Counted from the stretch's first letter, positions 26,395 through 41,091 are shown. The stretch: DNA of 64,000 bases from Octopus sinensis (GCF_006345805.1 NC_043015.1:20832001-20896000); one strand, 5' to 3'. Notes: generated from the letters alone by a model not told the origin. Translations and numbers: made by a program.

Positions 26395-27230
26395 TTACGA
26401 TGAGTTAAACCTTTTGCAATATATTTACAACTTGTTTGTTTTATTCGTCAAATAACAGGTAAAAAGGTGCCTATGATTTAAAGGAGAGGCCATCATGTAG
26501 CATCATTTGACGCCAACCTCCTGCAAGTTCTTTGACCCCGCACTGATACCAATTTTTGTCTTCGAGCGAAGAAACTCCTTCATTGAAGCTTCCACCTGTA
26601 GGGAGCGCAGGAAGGGCGCCGTAGACCGCAATAGGTAATAATCCGAAGGTGTAAGGACCGGATTATATCTTGGGTACCAGCTCGGTTCCTTCAACTTCTT
26701 AGAGTTTATTCCGGTCCGTTCGAGCGGTATAATGTCTTGTGTTGTCTCGCTACAAAAGAACACTGACCAATGTCAGATATTTTTACCACACAGTGGCATA
26801 CGATCGTGAGATGCCGTGCTAGCCTGACAGCCTTCAAGTGCTACTCTCCGGATTTACCTCTCTGGTTTGTAGTAGAGCTTCGAAATCTACGGTTTTAGAA
26901 CTTCTTTTAGAAACTTCTCGAACCATCTTGTTACTGTAGTGATATTATCTGAACCAAATGTCTTTAGTTGTTTCCGCGGCGTTTAAACTCTCTCCCAGTT
27001 TGAACTTGCGAAACATTAGTTTCCGAATTAGACTACATTGCCCGCTCATCTGTGCCGCTTTCAAATCACACGTAAAGTGAAACAATGCACAACTTTCAAC
27101 ACATCAACTACCGTGGTACTACCGGGCTCAGCAGTCACCCTGTCCGGCTTCAGCTGCTTTGTTCACTTGATATACACGTCACAATCCTGCACGTATGCAA
27201 ATATTTCAAAACTTCTGAGTCACCTCAATA
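26395..27230 (-). pseudogene. Internally deleted mariner transposon relic
   Basis: Minus-strand ORF 26503-26763 contains PRYNPVLTPSDYYLLRS (mariner HPPYSPDLAPSDY motif) and VEASMKEF; N-terminal remnant near 26900-27050; degenerate TIRs gatgagttaaaccttttgcaatat / atatttcaaaacttctgagtcacctcaata. Confidence 0.8.
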
Positions 27231-27234
27231 TAAA

Positions 27235-27430
27235 TGTGTCTGTGTGTGTGTGTTTGTCCCGTTCTCCACCCATTGTTTGATGACCAGAGTTGGTTTGTTT
27301 ACGCTTTCGTAGCTTAGTGTTTTGCAAAGGACACCGGTAGACTTGAGATACCAGACATAATAATTATTGGGATCGATTTTTTACTCCACACTCCTAGTCA
27401 GTCCGTAATCTGGTGATTGAAACGAGAAAA
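27235..27430 (+). mobile_element. SINE family A, 3' half (diverged)
   Basis: gttggtttgtttacgctttcgtagcttagtg..gatcgattt. Confidence 0.55.
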
Positions 27431-27826
27431 ATGATAAATAAATCTTAGTTCCTGCCGAGAATATATTTTCCTTTTCTTCCATTCATTCTCTGTGATTGGT
27501 AATGGATTCCAATACTCGGAAGAGTAGAAACGGTCCAATATGTACAATTGCTCATGCTTACCAAAAGAATGTGGGGTTCAATAACTAAATAGTTGTCTAA
27601 GTTTATCGAAGTTATTGATGTGAGGATACGAAACCAGCCTTTAGCCTGGCTCAGATTTATGGAAACCCACAGTCGATTGGTAAGCTGAACAAATTTCGAA
27701 TATTGTTCTTGTAGAGTTTCTCTGTATTTGTGCATGTGTGTGTGTGTGTGTGTGTGTGCGTGTGTACACGTGTGTAGGTGTGTCTTTTATGTGTCTATAT
27801 ATTATTTTAGTATGCCTGATTGATGG

Positions 27827-28103
<277 letters not shown>

Positions 28104-28430
28104 GTCTCTCTACCTCTCTTCTCACTATCCTTGCATTTACACACACACACATATATGCATACATATATATGCATGCATACAAATGTTTAATGTATAATAT
28201 ATTATCTGTGTGTGTGTATGTATGTATATATATATATATTATATATATAGACATGTATGCACATATATGCGATTTCACACATATATCTGTATATTTGTAC
28301 ATACCTATTATGCATAACTCACTCGTAAGTATATGAATAAAAGGGATACATAGAAAGAAATGCACTTTTCTCTGTCCCTTTCCACCCCTCTCTCTCTCTC
28401 CCTCTTTGTCATTTTCTCTCCCTTTCTCTC

Positions 28431-28466
<36 letters not shown>

Positions 28467-28901
28467 CTATTTATAGCACACCTTGTTATGTTAGAAATCG
28501 CCGTTAACGTTCAGGAACACACGGTAGACAACAACTATCTCTTCAACGATTCCATGATAAACGAACACAAAAATAATCATGAAAAAAAAAGAGAAATATA
28601 TTTTTTTCTTTCTTTCTTTCCAACATTGATGCTTCAAAGCTGACTTGCTGTATCATTCATTGATATGTTAATATGATCATGATCATCATCATCATATTAC
28701 ATTCATCACCAACTCATCTTACATCTTTACAACAACTACTCCGCCCGCCACTACCACCACTGCCAGAATCACTCCTACTGTTATCAGTACTCCCACCACC
28801 AGCATCATCTTCGTTCCTGCTGCTACGCCGCCGTCAACGGTTCAGCAGTTATAGTTTTTCAAAGAATTTATCTGTTATACATTTCTTAGTCTCTCCCATA
28901 C

Positions 28902-28959
<58 letters not shown>

Positions 28960-29192
28960 GCTGCATCATCATCATCGTGACCATCTCTCTGTCTCTATCT
29001 CTCTAGCTCTCTTCCTCTTTCTCTGTTTCTTTCGGTCTTTCCTCCCTCACACCCATTCTCTCACTCTGGCTATTGATATGAATCTAAGTATTTACGGCTT
29101 GCTTGAAAAAGAAGTTTCGATCAATTTCCATCAGATTACAAACATGTATCGAACAGGAATACAAAAATATAGAAAATTTAGAACATAATAAA

Positions 29193-29241
<49 letters not shown>

Positions 29242-29457
29242 TACGAAACATTTTTCTCAACAACGAAACGCATAAAAATGACAAAAAAACCCCTCCACCC
29301 ATGACACACACACACACACACACAACACACACGCACGCACACACACGCACAAAAGAAAGCAAGAAAGAAAATAAAAGACAGTGAGAATTTATAATGAATA
29401 AATTATAGAAACAAATTTCGAAACGCTGGAAGAATAGTGGAGTGGTGGAGAGACTAA

Positions 29458-29510
<53 letters not shown>

Positions 29511-30065
29511 GACTTATTTATATATATCAAGAAATTCCACAGTTTCCGTCAACAAAATTCACTCTAAAGTGAGTGGACGAAGAACTTGCTCAAGGTTCAA
29601 CGTAGTTATATTGAAAGTGGTATTGTGTGTGTGTGTGTGTATGTGTGATTATCAGCGAATCGGTTGTGGAACTTTAAAAGTTGGAGGTGAAGAAGGCATC
29701 ATGCAGGTGTTCAAATACGGCCACCGCCACAGTTAAGCTGTGATCCGGTTTAGAAACATCATTCGAAATCTAGGCTGTGTTTATCGGTGTCCACCCTGTT
29801 GCAAACGGCTGTGTCTATGAACGTCACTCACTCTCACCAGTCTCCGAATGCGCTGTCTTCATCCCTAACTAATATATATATATATATATGATGATGATGA
29901 TGGTAGGTAGGGTAAAGCCAGCCCCAGCCGTTTCTTGTTGAAGAGCATCTGCTCATTCCACTATTAATACACGCCATTTAATCGCTGTAGTTCTTGTATA
30001 GATGCAAGGTACATATTGCTTAAATATTCTGGAAATATTGTTTGCAGCAGTAGTGTACAACTAAG

Positions 30066-30349
30066 CAGGAGCTTGGAATTTTCCTTTGTATTATTTATTC
30101 CCCATTACACATGTTTCGTTTCCTAATGGGAATTATAGAGTTTTATATGACGTATAGGCATGTAAGGAATTTCCTATTAGAAATTATTCAGGCAGAGAAT
30201 TAAATGATAAAAATTTTACATTTGAATAAGCGTTTATATATATTTCGAAATAGGGAGTAGTAGAGTTAGTTTCAAGGAAAAAAAAAGAGAAAATGAAATA
30301 TTACGGAAAACAGAAAGAGAAAGAGAAGAGTGATTTACATATAACACAC

Positions 30350-30391
<42 letters not shown>

Positions 30392-30534
30392 TAAACTTAT
30401 ACATATGATGGTTAAGTATACATTTCATACACATGTAAAGATTCAGATAGTTATTAACAAGTCTACGTATGTATACCTTTATAAATATGCATATACAAAA
30501 ACATAAATACATATACATTCACACACACACACAC

Positions 30535-30585
<51 letters not shown>

Positions 30586-30979
30586 AACATATACAGACAC
30601 AAAATACCTACATACATTTACAAACAGACAAACATCATCAAACGCTAAATTTGAAAGATGGTTACAAATACTTACTTGGAACTATTTTGAGACGACAAAA
30701 AATACAAAAGTATGTATAGAAAATATATAAATGAATAGAACAATAACATACAATTTTATTGCGAGTGGGGGGGCGAGGTGGCAGTGTAGACAAAAGTACA
30801 AATACTATTTTACCAAAATACCAGGAACAAAGATAATAATAAACTATAATGGCATTTACACGTATGTATGAGTGGACACGGATACATACACACATAATAC
30901 ATAACTCTGTAATTCCTATTAGCAAATGAAACATGTGTAATGGTGAATTAATAATACGAATGTATTTTCCAACTTCCTG
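30066..30979. repeat. Inverted pair of a ~77-bp dispersed repeat (30066-30142 and 30903-30979); third copy at ~7515-7590
   Basis: ccattacacatgtttc..taatgggaattatagagtt vs aactctgtaattcctatta..gaaacatgtgtaatgg. Confidence 0.75.
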
Positions 30980-31446
30980 TTTTGTTTTATATATATATAT
31001 ATATGTATATATATGCACACACGGCCACGCAGTTACACAGATATCACATGTGCTTGTGAGTGTGAGAGAGAAGATATTGAAGAGATAAGATCAAAGACGA
31101 GTGTGTGGAAGGAGCTCTCTTACGAAAAGAGAGTAAAAAAAAACCTGAACGGATGTTAGATTGTAAAAAGGAAGCAGAAAATGTTTATGTGTGAACATGT
31201 CTGTATGTGCGTCTCTACGCGATAGCATGTGTGAGTGCGCGTGCGTATGAATGTATATGGATGTCTATACCTAGTTTCTTTTACTATGTGTATATATATC
31301 TTTATATATTCCAGTGTGTGTATAAGTGGGTGTTAAGAGTGTTTTGCATCAGTGTGCTTGTGTACGTGTCCATGAATATGTGTTTGATGTATTTAAATGT
31401 TTTGGTCTTCATGTTTATACGTGCATTCTGCTTCTTTATGCCTGCG

Positions 31447-31487
<41 letters not shown>

Positions 31488-32167
31488 TTGTATGTATGTA
31501 TGAGAGCGAGAAAGAGAGGGGTAAAGAGAGAGAGAGAAGCTAGAATGCTAGTATTTGTACGTATGTGTGAGAATGCGTTGTACGGCGAGAGAGAACGTCA
31601 ATCTTTATTAAGATCATATATATATATATATATATATATAGTGAGAGAGAGAGAGAGAATGGGAAAGAGACAAAAATAATATTAAGTGTGTATGTGGGTG
31701 AGATCGGGGAGGCGAAAGAGAAACACCGATAGAATTTGGTGGCAGAAATAATATAACTGTTTTGATAAAACTGATTGGAATTTGGTGAAATAAATGTAAA
31801 AATGTCGAAGATAAAGAAGAGAAAAAAAAGGCCGTAAAAATATATATATATTGATGTGTAAGACGTAAAAATATGGCAAACATAAAATGTTTTAAACATG
31901 GTAAAATACAAAACAGTTGGAATACAGAATATTATCAAATAAATGTACATCATTGGCAATATGGTGCGATTGTACATGGAAAGTAAGAATTGAGGTGGGA
32001 GGACGGTGAGAGAAATGAATTAAAAGGAAAAGAACTACCACACGAAAGTTAAAAAAACACACAAAATCGAACATCTTGTAAGATATAAATATATATATAT
32101 TTATACACACACACACACACATACACACACATACACATACAAACACTCATACACACACGCATATATA

Positions 32168-32790
32168 TTTTATCGTTCACTAGCTTCAGACGGCGGCCAT
32201 GCAGGAGCACAGTCTTGAATAATGTTATGCGAACAAATCGCCCCCAATACTAAAAAAGAGCCTGACGCTTATTCCATCGTCTTCTTTTGCTGGACCGCTA
32301 AGTTACGGAGTGCGTAAACACACCAAACCCGGTTGTCAACAAGCTGTGAGGAACAAACACAGACATAAAGGCACAGATACGCACACACATACATATATAC
32401 GATGGGCTCAGTCGACATACAAGGCATATGTCGACTGAGACTCTAGAAATTATTCGCCTAAAGTGTCATGGAGTGGAACAGCAGCCTGGAACCTGGTAAT
32501 GAAACACAAAATTTCGTACCATACCCCCACTTTTGTATCTATCTATCTATCTATCATCTATCTATCTATCTGTATATTCTTTTACTTGTTTTAGTCAATA
32601 TTCACTGCAGCCATGCTGGAGAACTGCCTCTAGTCGAACAAACCCACCCCAGGACTTATTCTTTGTAAGTCTAGTACTAATTCCATCGGTCTCTTTTGCC
32701 GAACCGCTATGTCACAGGGACGTAAACACACCAACAGCGATTGTCAAGAGATGGTGGGGGGAGGAGACAGAAACGTACACACACACACAC
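32168..32790 (-). mobile_element. Two tandem SINE family A copies (32168-32495, 32578-32790)
   Basis: Each has gccatgc..ggag, cgaacaaa..cccc, accgcta and gtaaacacacca motifs. Confidence 0.8.
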
Positions 32791-32794
32791 ACAC

Positions 32795-32831
<37 letters not shown>

Positions 32832-32914
32832 TATATATATATATATTATATATATAATATATATATATATACACTGTTGGTTTAAAATTGACAGATACTG
32901 CCAATAATTGTTCC

Positions 32915-33657
32915 TGAATAATGCACAAAGCTGGCAATTTTGAGCGGAGGGTATTGTCAATAAAACGGACCCCAGTGGCACATGAATTGATCGACTTCCG
33001 AGAAGAAAGACGAGACTGAACACGGCACAATTTCAAATCAAAACGTAAAACGACGGAAGAAATATCGAATTACATTTTTCCGGTGTATTAAAGCTTCTCA
33101 CAGATCACTGCTTTAAATAGTAACATCACTTTATAATTTTAGCCCAAGGCCATCAGTTTTTAAGTAATGAGGCAAGACTATTACATCGTCCCCAGTACTT
33201 TGCTAATTTTGTCTGAAATAATAAAACCAATAAATACGTGTAAATATCTGTATCGCTATTTCGTTTTATTAATGATTATTTTCTCTGATTTAGACAGAAA
33301 TGGAAACTTAGTTGATTGTAAACAACTCTAATTTCTGGCGAGTGTTTTTTTTTTATGAAACATGGAAAAGAGACACGTTACAGTAGTAATCCTTCCTCCT
33401 ACAGGCTCAAAGCCTGAAACTTTGAGGTAGGGGACTAATCGATTACATAGACTCCAGTGTTTCACATGTTCTTAATTTATCAACTCTGAAAGGATGAAAG
33501 GCAAGTTCGACTCAGAAGGCGTTAAATCGATTACATCGACCACAGTGCGTAACTGGTACTTATTTAAGCACATTTGAACTCAGAACGTAACAGTGGGCGA
33601 AATACCGATAAGCATTTCGCTCGGCGGGTTAGCAATTCTGCCTGCTTGCCGCCTTAA

Positions 33658-33714
<57 letters not shown>

Positions 33715-33907
33715 CTTTACGATTATAGGCACAAGGCCTGAAAATTTTGGGGAGAAGATTTGTCGATTACATCGACCCCAGTGTTTCACTGGTACTTCGA
33801 AAGGATGAAGGGCAAAGTCAACCTCGACAGAATTTGAACTCACACCATAATGACAGACGAAATGTCGCTTAACACTTTTCCAGGCATGCTAACGATTCTG
33901 CCAGCTG
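32915..33907 (-). mobile_element. Cluster of SINE family B copies separated by (AAT)n
   Basis: Repeated cgattacatcgac(c)ccagt / gaaaggatgaaaggcaaagt / tttgaactca / ctaacgattctgccagct motifs; best copies 33392-33654 and 33715-33907. Confidence 0.85.
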
Positions 33908-33919
33908 ATAGCAAGAATA

Positions 33920-34010
33920 GGAAGGAGGGGTAGGAGGAGGAAGAGGAGGAGAAGAAGAAGAAGAAGAAGAAGGAGAAGAGAAGAAGAAGAAGAAGAAGAA
34001 GAAGAAGAAG

Positions 34011-34040
<30 letters not shown>
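33920..34040. repeat. (GGA)/(GAA)n polypurine tract
   Basis: Directly visible. Confidence 0.95.
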
Positions 34041-34041
<1 letters not shown>

Positions 34042-34758
34042 TTAATGGTGTTGAATTTGATGACTGCTTATAAAAATGCAGAAAACACCAAATTTCTTGT
34101 CTGATGCTATTCATGAATTATATTTAGCACCAGTGTTTAGTTGAAAGACACTGAAAGGAAAAAATCTCCGATAGCATTTGAACAGAGAAACGCCAAGGCA
34201 TATCTCTACATTGCCCGCCCCTCTACCGCCTAGGATAACTCTCCCCTCCTTATATTAAAATGATTTCTGACACAAATATGAACTACTATTAGATCGAGAG
34301 GACCTATACTGTCCAGAAGATAACTGATATCAAGATTATGACCCAAGGAATGATGAATGGCAAACTGCAATATAACGGAAACGAAACCAGAATTTAAAAA
34401 TATGCGCCTAATTACTGAATATTCTGCATTGGTTTTGTGTGCTACTGAAAATCTGCTATTAAAAATACTGACGAAAGAGTGAAAAAAAAGTGAAAATGCA
34501 TTCTGCAGAAGTGTTGGACTTCTACGAGGCGCCTAACAATGACAAGGATAGAATAATGGGTATAAATGCATTAGCTGTTCCTATTATAACCTACAGCTAC
34601 AATATAATAAACTGAAGCTAAGTGAAGTAAAATGCTAATATAGGAAAACCAATAAAGCTCCCATGTACACACGGAATCCATCAACTCAAGTGCTTATTTA
34701 GATAAAGTATAGCTGACATATAGAGAGGAAGGGTGGATAAGAGAAAAAGAGACCTATT

Positions 34759-34796
<38 letters not shown>

Positions 34797-35091
34797 GGAA
34801 GCAGAAATAGCTGGAGGGAAATCTAATCGTGGGTTGTATATATGATGGAACCTTTTAGGATTTTCGGATCAAAAGGAATTTTCAAACGGGTAAGTGGTTT
34901 TTAAGCAATTTGATATGATACGACTATATGTCTAGGTTTTATTTTGTGAGTAGTTGAATAAGAATATAGGAGGCGAACAGGGGAAACTGTAGAAAGAGAA
35001 TGAAATTTTATGAGGAAAAATTAGAAAGCGAGCGAAAGAATAATTGCCTAACATTATATCCATGATATATATATATATCTATATATATATA

Positions 35092-35129
<38 letters not shown>

Positions 35130-35139
35130 AAATGCTTGA

Positions 35140-35230
35140 TTGTGGCTTCAAAGTGTCGGCTTCCGTCGTCAACAGACAGTCTGATGACGGCCAGAGAGCC
35201 ACAACTTCGAAATTACCGTTTATATTGTCT
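35140..35230 (+). ncRNA. Degenerate type I hammerhead motif with an inverted upstream copy of its core/stem II
   Basis: agacagt CUGAUGA ... GAAA ttaccgtttat attgtct (stem I agacagt/attgtct); 35140-35171 is approximately the reverse complement of 35182-35204. Confidence 0.4.
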
Positions 35231-37008
35231 TTGTAAAAGCTAATACACATGGAGTCTACTTAAAAGTATCAGGCAATCTTTTAGTTAAATGTTAAATTGT
35301 TTTAATATATGAGTTGAGAAAACAAAACTATATATAATCCCCCCCCCCCAAAAAAAAATTGCACTTCATGTTCATCGCTCTAATGAAGCTATAAAATGTT
35401 ATGCAGGCGCTCATAGCAGTAACAGCTGTAAGCTAATGAAATTAATAATAATTTATTTCTTTGTCTTCTCTCGTTTTTATTAACTCTATGCTCAGCAAAA
35501 ACTTCGTTCTCAAACATACGTATACTGAGTCCTACATCGCGTCATTAGGCTGGCAATGCCTAAGTGATATATATATATATATGTCCTGGCCTAACGGCTC
35601 TCAATGTCTGTTTTCGTCGATTGTTTATTCTATTCGTCAATTCTGGTGTCGTTTGTTTGTTCAAAGCCCTAACTCTCCATAAATTTTATATTTTAAAAAA
35701 TTCTGGATGCTGCTATCTTATGAAGTTTTCCTGTCTTGTTAAAAACACGAAACAGATAGTAATAAACAGTCGACAACTCAGGGGGTGTTAGACTTCCTTT
35801 GGTATATTGTCCTGTATTTATCACTGTATTTTTACGTATTTTTCACTCGTTGGTGTTGTCCTGCACTTAATGTATTGTTTTAATAATATCTATATCTATA
35901 TATACACACACACAGACACATATGTATGTATGAATCCACGGTTGGGCCGTGGGTGACTAAACAGGCAACCCTACCAAGCACGTTTGATCATGATAGTGTT
36001 TTCTGTTGGACGACCTGCAAGAACAAAACGCGAAACCTGTGAAATGCCGGATGAACTCGGTAATGTCAAAAGCAGTGAGAGATTCGCTACTCTTGATTTC
36101 GTTTGAATCCAATGATGTAGAGTAGTTTTTTTGTTTCCGGAAAATACATACGTTGGTTAGAGAGAGAAGATAGCTCTTCCCATGGCCATTTATCACTTAC
36201 CAAAAAACTGCAACCACAGGTATCACCTGACTTTAACATCACTACTAAGTATGGCAGACAATAGTTGGCTGGGGACAAAAATGGGAAAATACTGAATTAG
36301 GGTTGAGTGAGGTGAGTGGTAATATGCTGCAAGAGGCATCTATCGTTGCTACATCTCTACGTATATGTGTAGGTACTTAGAAGAAAGGAAACATCACATC
36401 CGAGCTGTTTTAAGCGATGGAGGCACCCGACAATGTATTGCTGCTATCATGTATGTATGAACAAATGTGACTGGGAAATTATTATCCACGATGTGTTCTG
36501 CAGAGAAGAAACACGTATATAATGTGTAATCTTACATACACATTATATCGAAAAAGACAGAGAGTTTAGCCTTGAAATTGAGAAACAAAAACATCCTGTA
36601 TGTATAATTATATATCTCAACAACGTAGACGATAAGTCCGTCACTGTCAGTGAAAAAAAATAAATAAAAGCAATGGAGCAATGAACTAGTGACTGCAACG
36701 AGCTTGTTTACAATCTTGTAGAATTCACCAAGGGAACATGACCAATAAATTAGACATGTTTAGTGTAGGGATGCAAATATACTTTGGTGTCAATTACACT
36801 TTGTCCCGTTAGTCTACTAATTTAACGAGTGTGTGTGTGTATGTGCGTGTGAATATATATACATATGGCAAGTGATTTGAACCACAACCGTATCGTATAT
36901 ATATATATATATATATATACATACGCATATACATATATGTATGTCTGTGTTTAGATTAATGTAAAATTAAAATGGTTTCTATTATAAATGATAATAAAAA
37001 CGAACGTT

Positions 37009-37048
<40 letters not shown>

Positions 37049-37651
37049 CATGCACATGTATACATACATGTATGTATATATACACATGCACAAGTATATA
37101 CGAACACACGCACATTGATACACAGATAGAGAGAAATGAGAAGTAAATGCGCGCTAAGTGGAAAGTGACAAAAAGTAACGGAATTAATATTTGTGAAAAC
37201 TGAAAGGAAGAATGTGTGTGCGTGTCTGTGTATGTGTGAGAGAGAAAGAGAGTTAGTGAGTGAGTAAGTGAGTGAGTGAGTGAGTGAGTGAGTGAGTAAG
37301 TGAGTGAAATAGATTGGATTTGGTTTCTGTGAAAGTGAAAAACGAGGCTCTTCCAGAGAGCGTTGAGAATGTCTTTTAATGGAGAGAAATAAGTTTGTAT
37401 GATGAATGTTTTATGCCAAGCCAATCCTGATGAAAAATGATTTCAGATCAAAGGCGTTTCACCCGTGGCCATCGGTATTACGTTTCAGAAACAGCACTTC
37501 TAAGACAATATTTCAAGATATCCTTCATAGTTTAAAACATTAAGAGTACTTGGTTTCTATTTCTAGCAGAGTGAACGACAGCAAAGAAGCGTTGGATGAC
37601 AAATGTTCGTAGATACATTGTCAGTCGCTCGCTGAAAATACCGTCTTTTAT

Positions 37652-37860
37652 CTTTTACTTGTTCTAGTCAGTGGATCGTGACCACGCTGGAGCACAACTT
37701 TAAAGGATTTAGTCAAGCAGATCGATCCTAGTTTTTAAAATTTATTTTATTTATATCGGGGTCTAATTCTAACGGTCTCTTTTGCAAGGATGCAAACTAG
37801 CCGTCTGCGGTAAGCAAATGGTTTGGGGAGGCAAACAAATAACAAATACCCGCATACACA
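37652..37860 (-). mobile_element. SINE family A, 3' half
   Basis: tcttttacttgttctagtca..accacgctggagcac. Confidence 0.7.
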
Positions 37861-37959
37861 AACAAGCACACGTATATATATGTACTGTCTTTACTGTCTT
37901 GTTTTTGTTACCATTTTTAGCCCTCCGCAAAAAAATCTCAAAATAAGGAATGTTTTATT

Positions 37960-38185
37960 AAAGTCGTGTCTCGTCTTGACCTTCGAAACGCGGAGTAGAT
38001 GAAACAAAGGCGACTGAAGAAGGGGAATTTTCCTTGTATTGTATGTCCTGTACTCTATTTTTCGTTGTTTAAGAAAAATGCCCATTTCCTTGGTTTTGTG
38101 TTTATGTTTTCGTTTCTCATTGTGTTCGACGTTATTTTGGTGTCCTGTACCCTTTTATGCATGTATATATACATGTAGAGGTAGG
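37960..38185 (+). mobile_element. Penelope pLTR-like dispersed repeat remnant (related to 35580-35880)
   Basis: Shared ggggXXtt..ttcctt..tatt..gtcctgta motif; cttcgaaacgcg resembles the 3' half of an HHR. Confidence 0.35.
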
Positions 38186-38398
38186 TACGTACATATATGT
38201 ATGTATATATGCATATGTTTTATTTTATTTATTAATTTTTATATATATATATATATATGTAGATATGTTGTTACGGAATTGAGTCGATAATATCCAGACG
38301 ACATATGTTTCATAGCGAGCGGAACCTCAGAAGTGGTAAAACATCCAGGTGAGGTGTATGCCGCAGGCCATTCTTCAGGCCGAGGATATGTTGATTAA

Positions 38399-38905
38399 AT
38401 GGAAGTTTACATTGTGGAAAGGAGGTATGTGTTAACGCAGGGAAGATTCAGTGAAGTTGATCGTCACATTGACCATGACGGAGAAAGTTATAAATGCGAT
38501 ACCTGTTCAGAGGCGAACGCAAAGTTGCAGAAAGTGTACGAAATGGAGTTTATGAGCCGCACACAAGTGTTCGAGTGGTTCAGACGTTTCCAAAATGTCC
38601 GAAATAATGTCGATATTGACGAACGTTCTGAGAGACCAACAACCAAAAGAAATGAGAAAAACATCGCAGATGTACGTGCAGCTGTTAGGAGAAATCATTG
38701 ATTTTTCATCCGTGAGCTATCAGAGGAGGTGCAGATTAGTTACGGTTCAGTTCAGTCCATTATCACTGAAGATTAAGGTATGAGACGCGTGTCTTCCAAG
38801 TTTATGCAAAAACAGCTTTCAGCTGAACAAAAGGACACTCGGCTTTCGGTTGCACAAGATATCCTTGATTGTGTCGAGAACGAGGAAAACTATTTGAAAA
38901 TTTGC
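38399..38905 (+). pseudogene. Mariner transposase N-terminal (HTH) relic
   Basis: KLQKVYEMEFMSRTQVFEWFRRFQNVRNNVDIDERSERPTT, continuing in frame past stops as IRELSEEVQISYGSVQSIITED*GMRRVSSKFMQKQLSAEQKDTRLSVAQDIL; typical mariner HTH region up to the WVPH-equivalent; catalytic domain deleted. Confidence 0.88.
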
Positions 38906-39094
38906 GTAGGCATCTGAATCGGTATCGTGAAGCCTTTGGTTAAATGTGATACAGATTCTCTGCTCAACTGTATGTCAATGCGACGAGCACACGCAGAGTG
39001 TAAGGTCAATCTTTGCCAAGCGGCTTCACTTTGCGTACTGTAGCTTCATTACTACGGCAACAGTGGGTACTTATTGATTAGGCGACGTGTACAT

Positions 39095-39331
39095 ATATAT
39101 GTCTTCCTTCAGTTTCTGTTTACCAAATCCACTCACAAGGCTTTGGTCAGCCCAAGTTTATAGTTGAAAACACTTGTCCGAGGTGTCACACAATGGGACT
39201 GAACTCTGATCCAGGTTGCTGGAATGCAAACTTCTTACCACACAACCCCGCCTGTGCCTATAAAATGTTAAAGTCGACCTCGGTGAAAATCTCAACTCAG
39301 AACGGACGAAATGATGCTTAGCATTTTGTGC

Positions 39332-39332
<1 letters not shown>
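39095..39332 (-). mobile_element. SINE family A 5' half followed by a family B fragment
   Basis: ccaaatccactcacaaggctttgg..cttcttaccacacaacc, then aagtcgacctcggtgaaaat..actcagaacg. Confidence 0.8.
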
Positions 39333-39395
<63 letters not shown>

Positions 39396-39910
39396 GGTGT
39401 GTGTGTGTGTGTGTTGCGTGTGTGTGTGTATGTATGTAAATTCTAAATACAGTGTGTGTGTTGATCTGTAAGCCCGCGCATGTTTCAGTGTTCACTGATG
39501 TGTGTACAACTGCGCATTTATGCTCTTCACTCTTTTAGTCAATCCGTAACAGAGTGTATGTATTAGAAAAGCAAATAACTGCGGTTCTCAAATGAACACC
39601 GTTTTCGTTGTGGCTCTAGTCTTTCTTTCTTTATTTCTTTCTTTCTCCTTTTTTTTCTTATAGATCTTTCTCTTCCATTGTTCATTTCATCACTCAGCAA
39701 GGCAATGGAGTTTGAATGCACCAAAATAAAAAGAAATATTGCGAGAAGTGATGGAAACATAAAGACAGACAGATCTCACACACATACACAGACATATTTT
39801 ATGTATGTCTCTGCGCATATGCGTTTTTATGCATACATACACACATACGCAGGCGAATAAATGTTTATGTAAATACATATATATGTGTACTAACATCTCT
39901 GCATGTATGA

Positions 39911-39946
<36 letters not shown>

Positions 39947-40365
39947 TATATATGTATGTATGCATTTCGATCTCTCTTTTCTCACTTTCTCTATCTATGT
40001 GCATGTAGAAGTATGTAAAACTATAAATACACACCTGTGTGTGCCTGTGTGGTATATATAAACATACATATATATATATACATATTTACATGCATATGAA
40101 CGTACATACATAACTACATGCATATGCATACATATATATATATATATATATATATACATACAAATATATATTCATACATACATATATATATATGCATACA
40201 TACTTATGTACATACATACATATATATACAGATACATATATCCGTATTTGTTTTTGTATTTATATATATATATATGTATGTGTGTGTTTATCTAAACATC
40301 TATCTTTATGTGAGAACGTACGTTCTTTTGCAAGTATTCTTGTAGTGACGGAGAGAGAGAGAGAT

Positions 40366-40415
<50 letters not shown>

Positions 40416-40536
40416 TCAGACAGAGTATAGGACCGATTCACTTTTGGTCCGTATTTTTTCACTTTATACACATGCAGGTGTGTGTGTATGTATGTATATT
40501 TTCTACATGTAGAACTGTGACTCTCCATCTTTCTCC

Positions 40537-40624
<88 letters not shown>

Positions 40625-40918
40625 CCTACCTATCTACCACTGAAAGAAACGCAAAACGGTGTCTTTCTTTCACACTCCCCGACTGTACACATCCATCGAC
40701 ATCTTACAGAAACACACCTCTCATGCTCTTTCTAATTTTCACACCCAGTCTGTCTATCTTTTCCTCCCATCTTCTTCGCTCCGTTTCACTGATGTTGTGT
40801 TAGTTTGCTTACAGTTTGCACATCAATGCGTTCTCTACAAATCACTTAGCTTGTCTGTTAGCGTTTTGGATTTTCTGAGTGACTAAGGGTTATTAAACCT
40901 GATGTAAACTCGGCAAAA

Positions 40919-41091
<173 letters not shown>

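Noticed and set aside
32915-33907. Regularly recurring motifs resembling a repeat-spacer (CRISPR-like) array
   Set aside because: These are tandem diverged SINE copies in eukaryotic DNA; no constant repeat or spacer length and no cas genes.
36000-36450. Possible RTE-LINE remnant (GNITSELF-like fragment)
   Set aside because: Single short motif; too degenerate to support.
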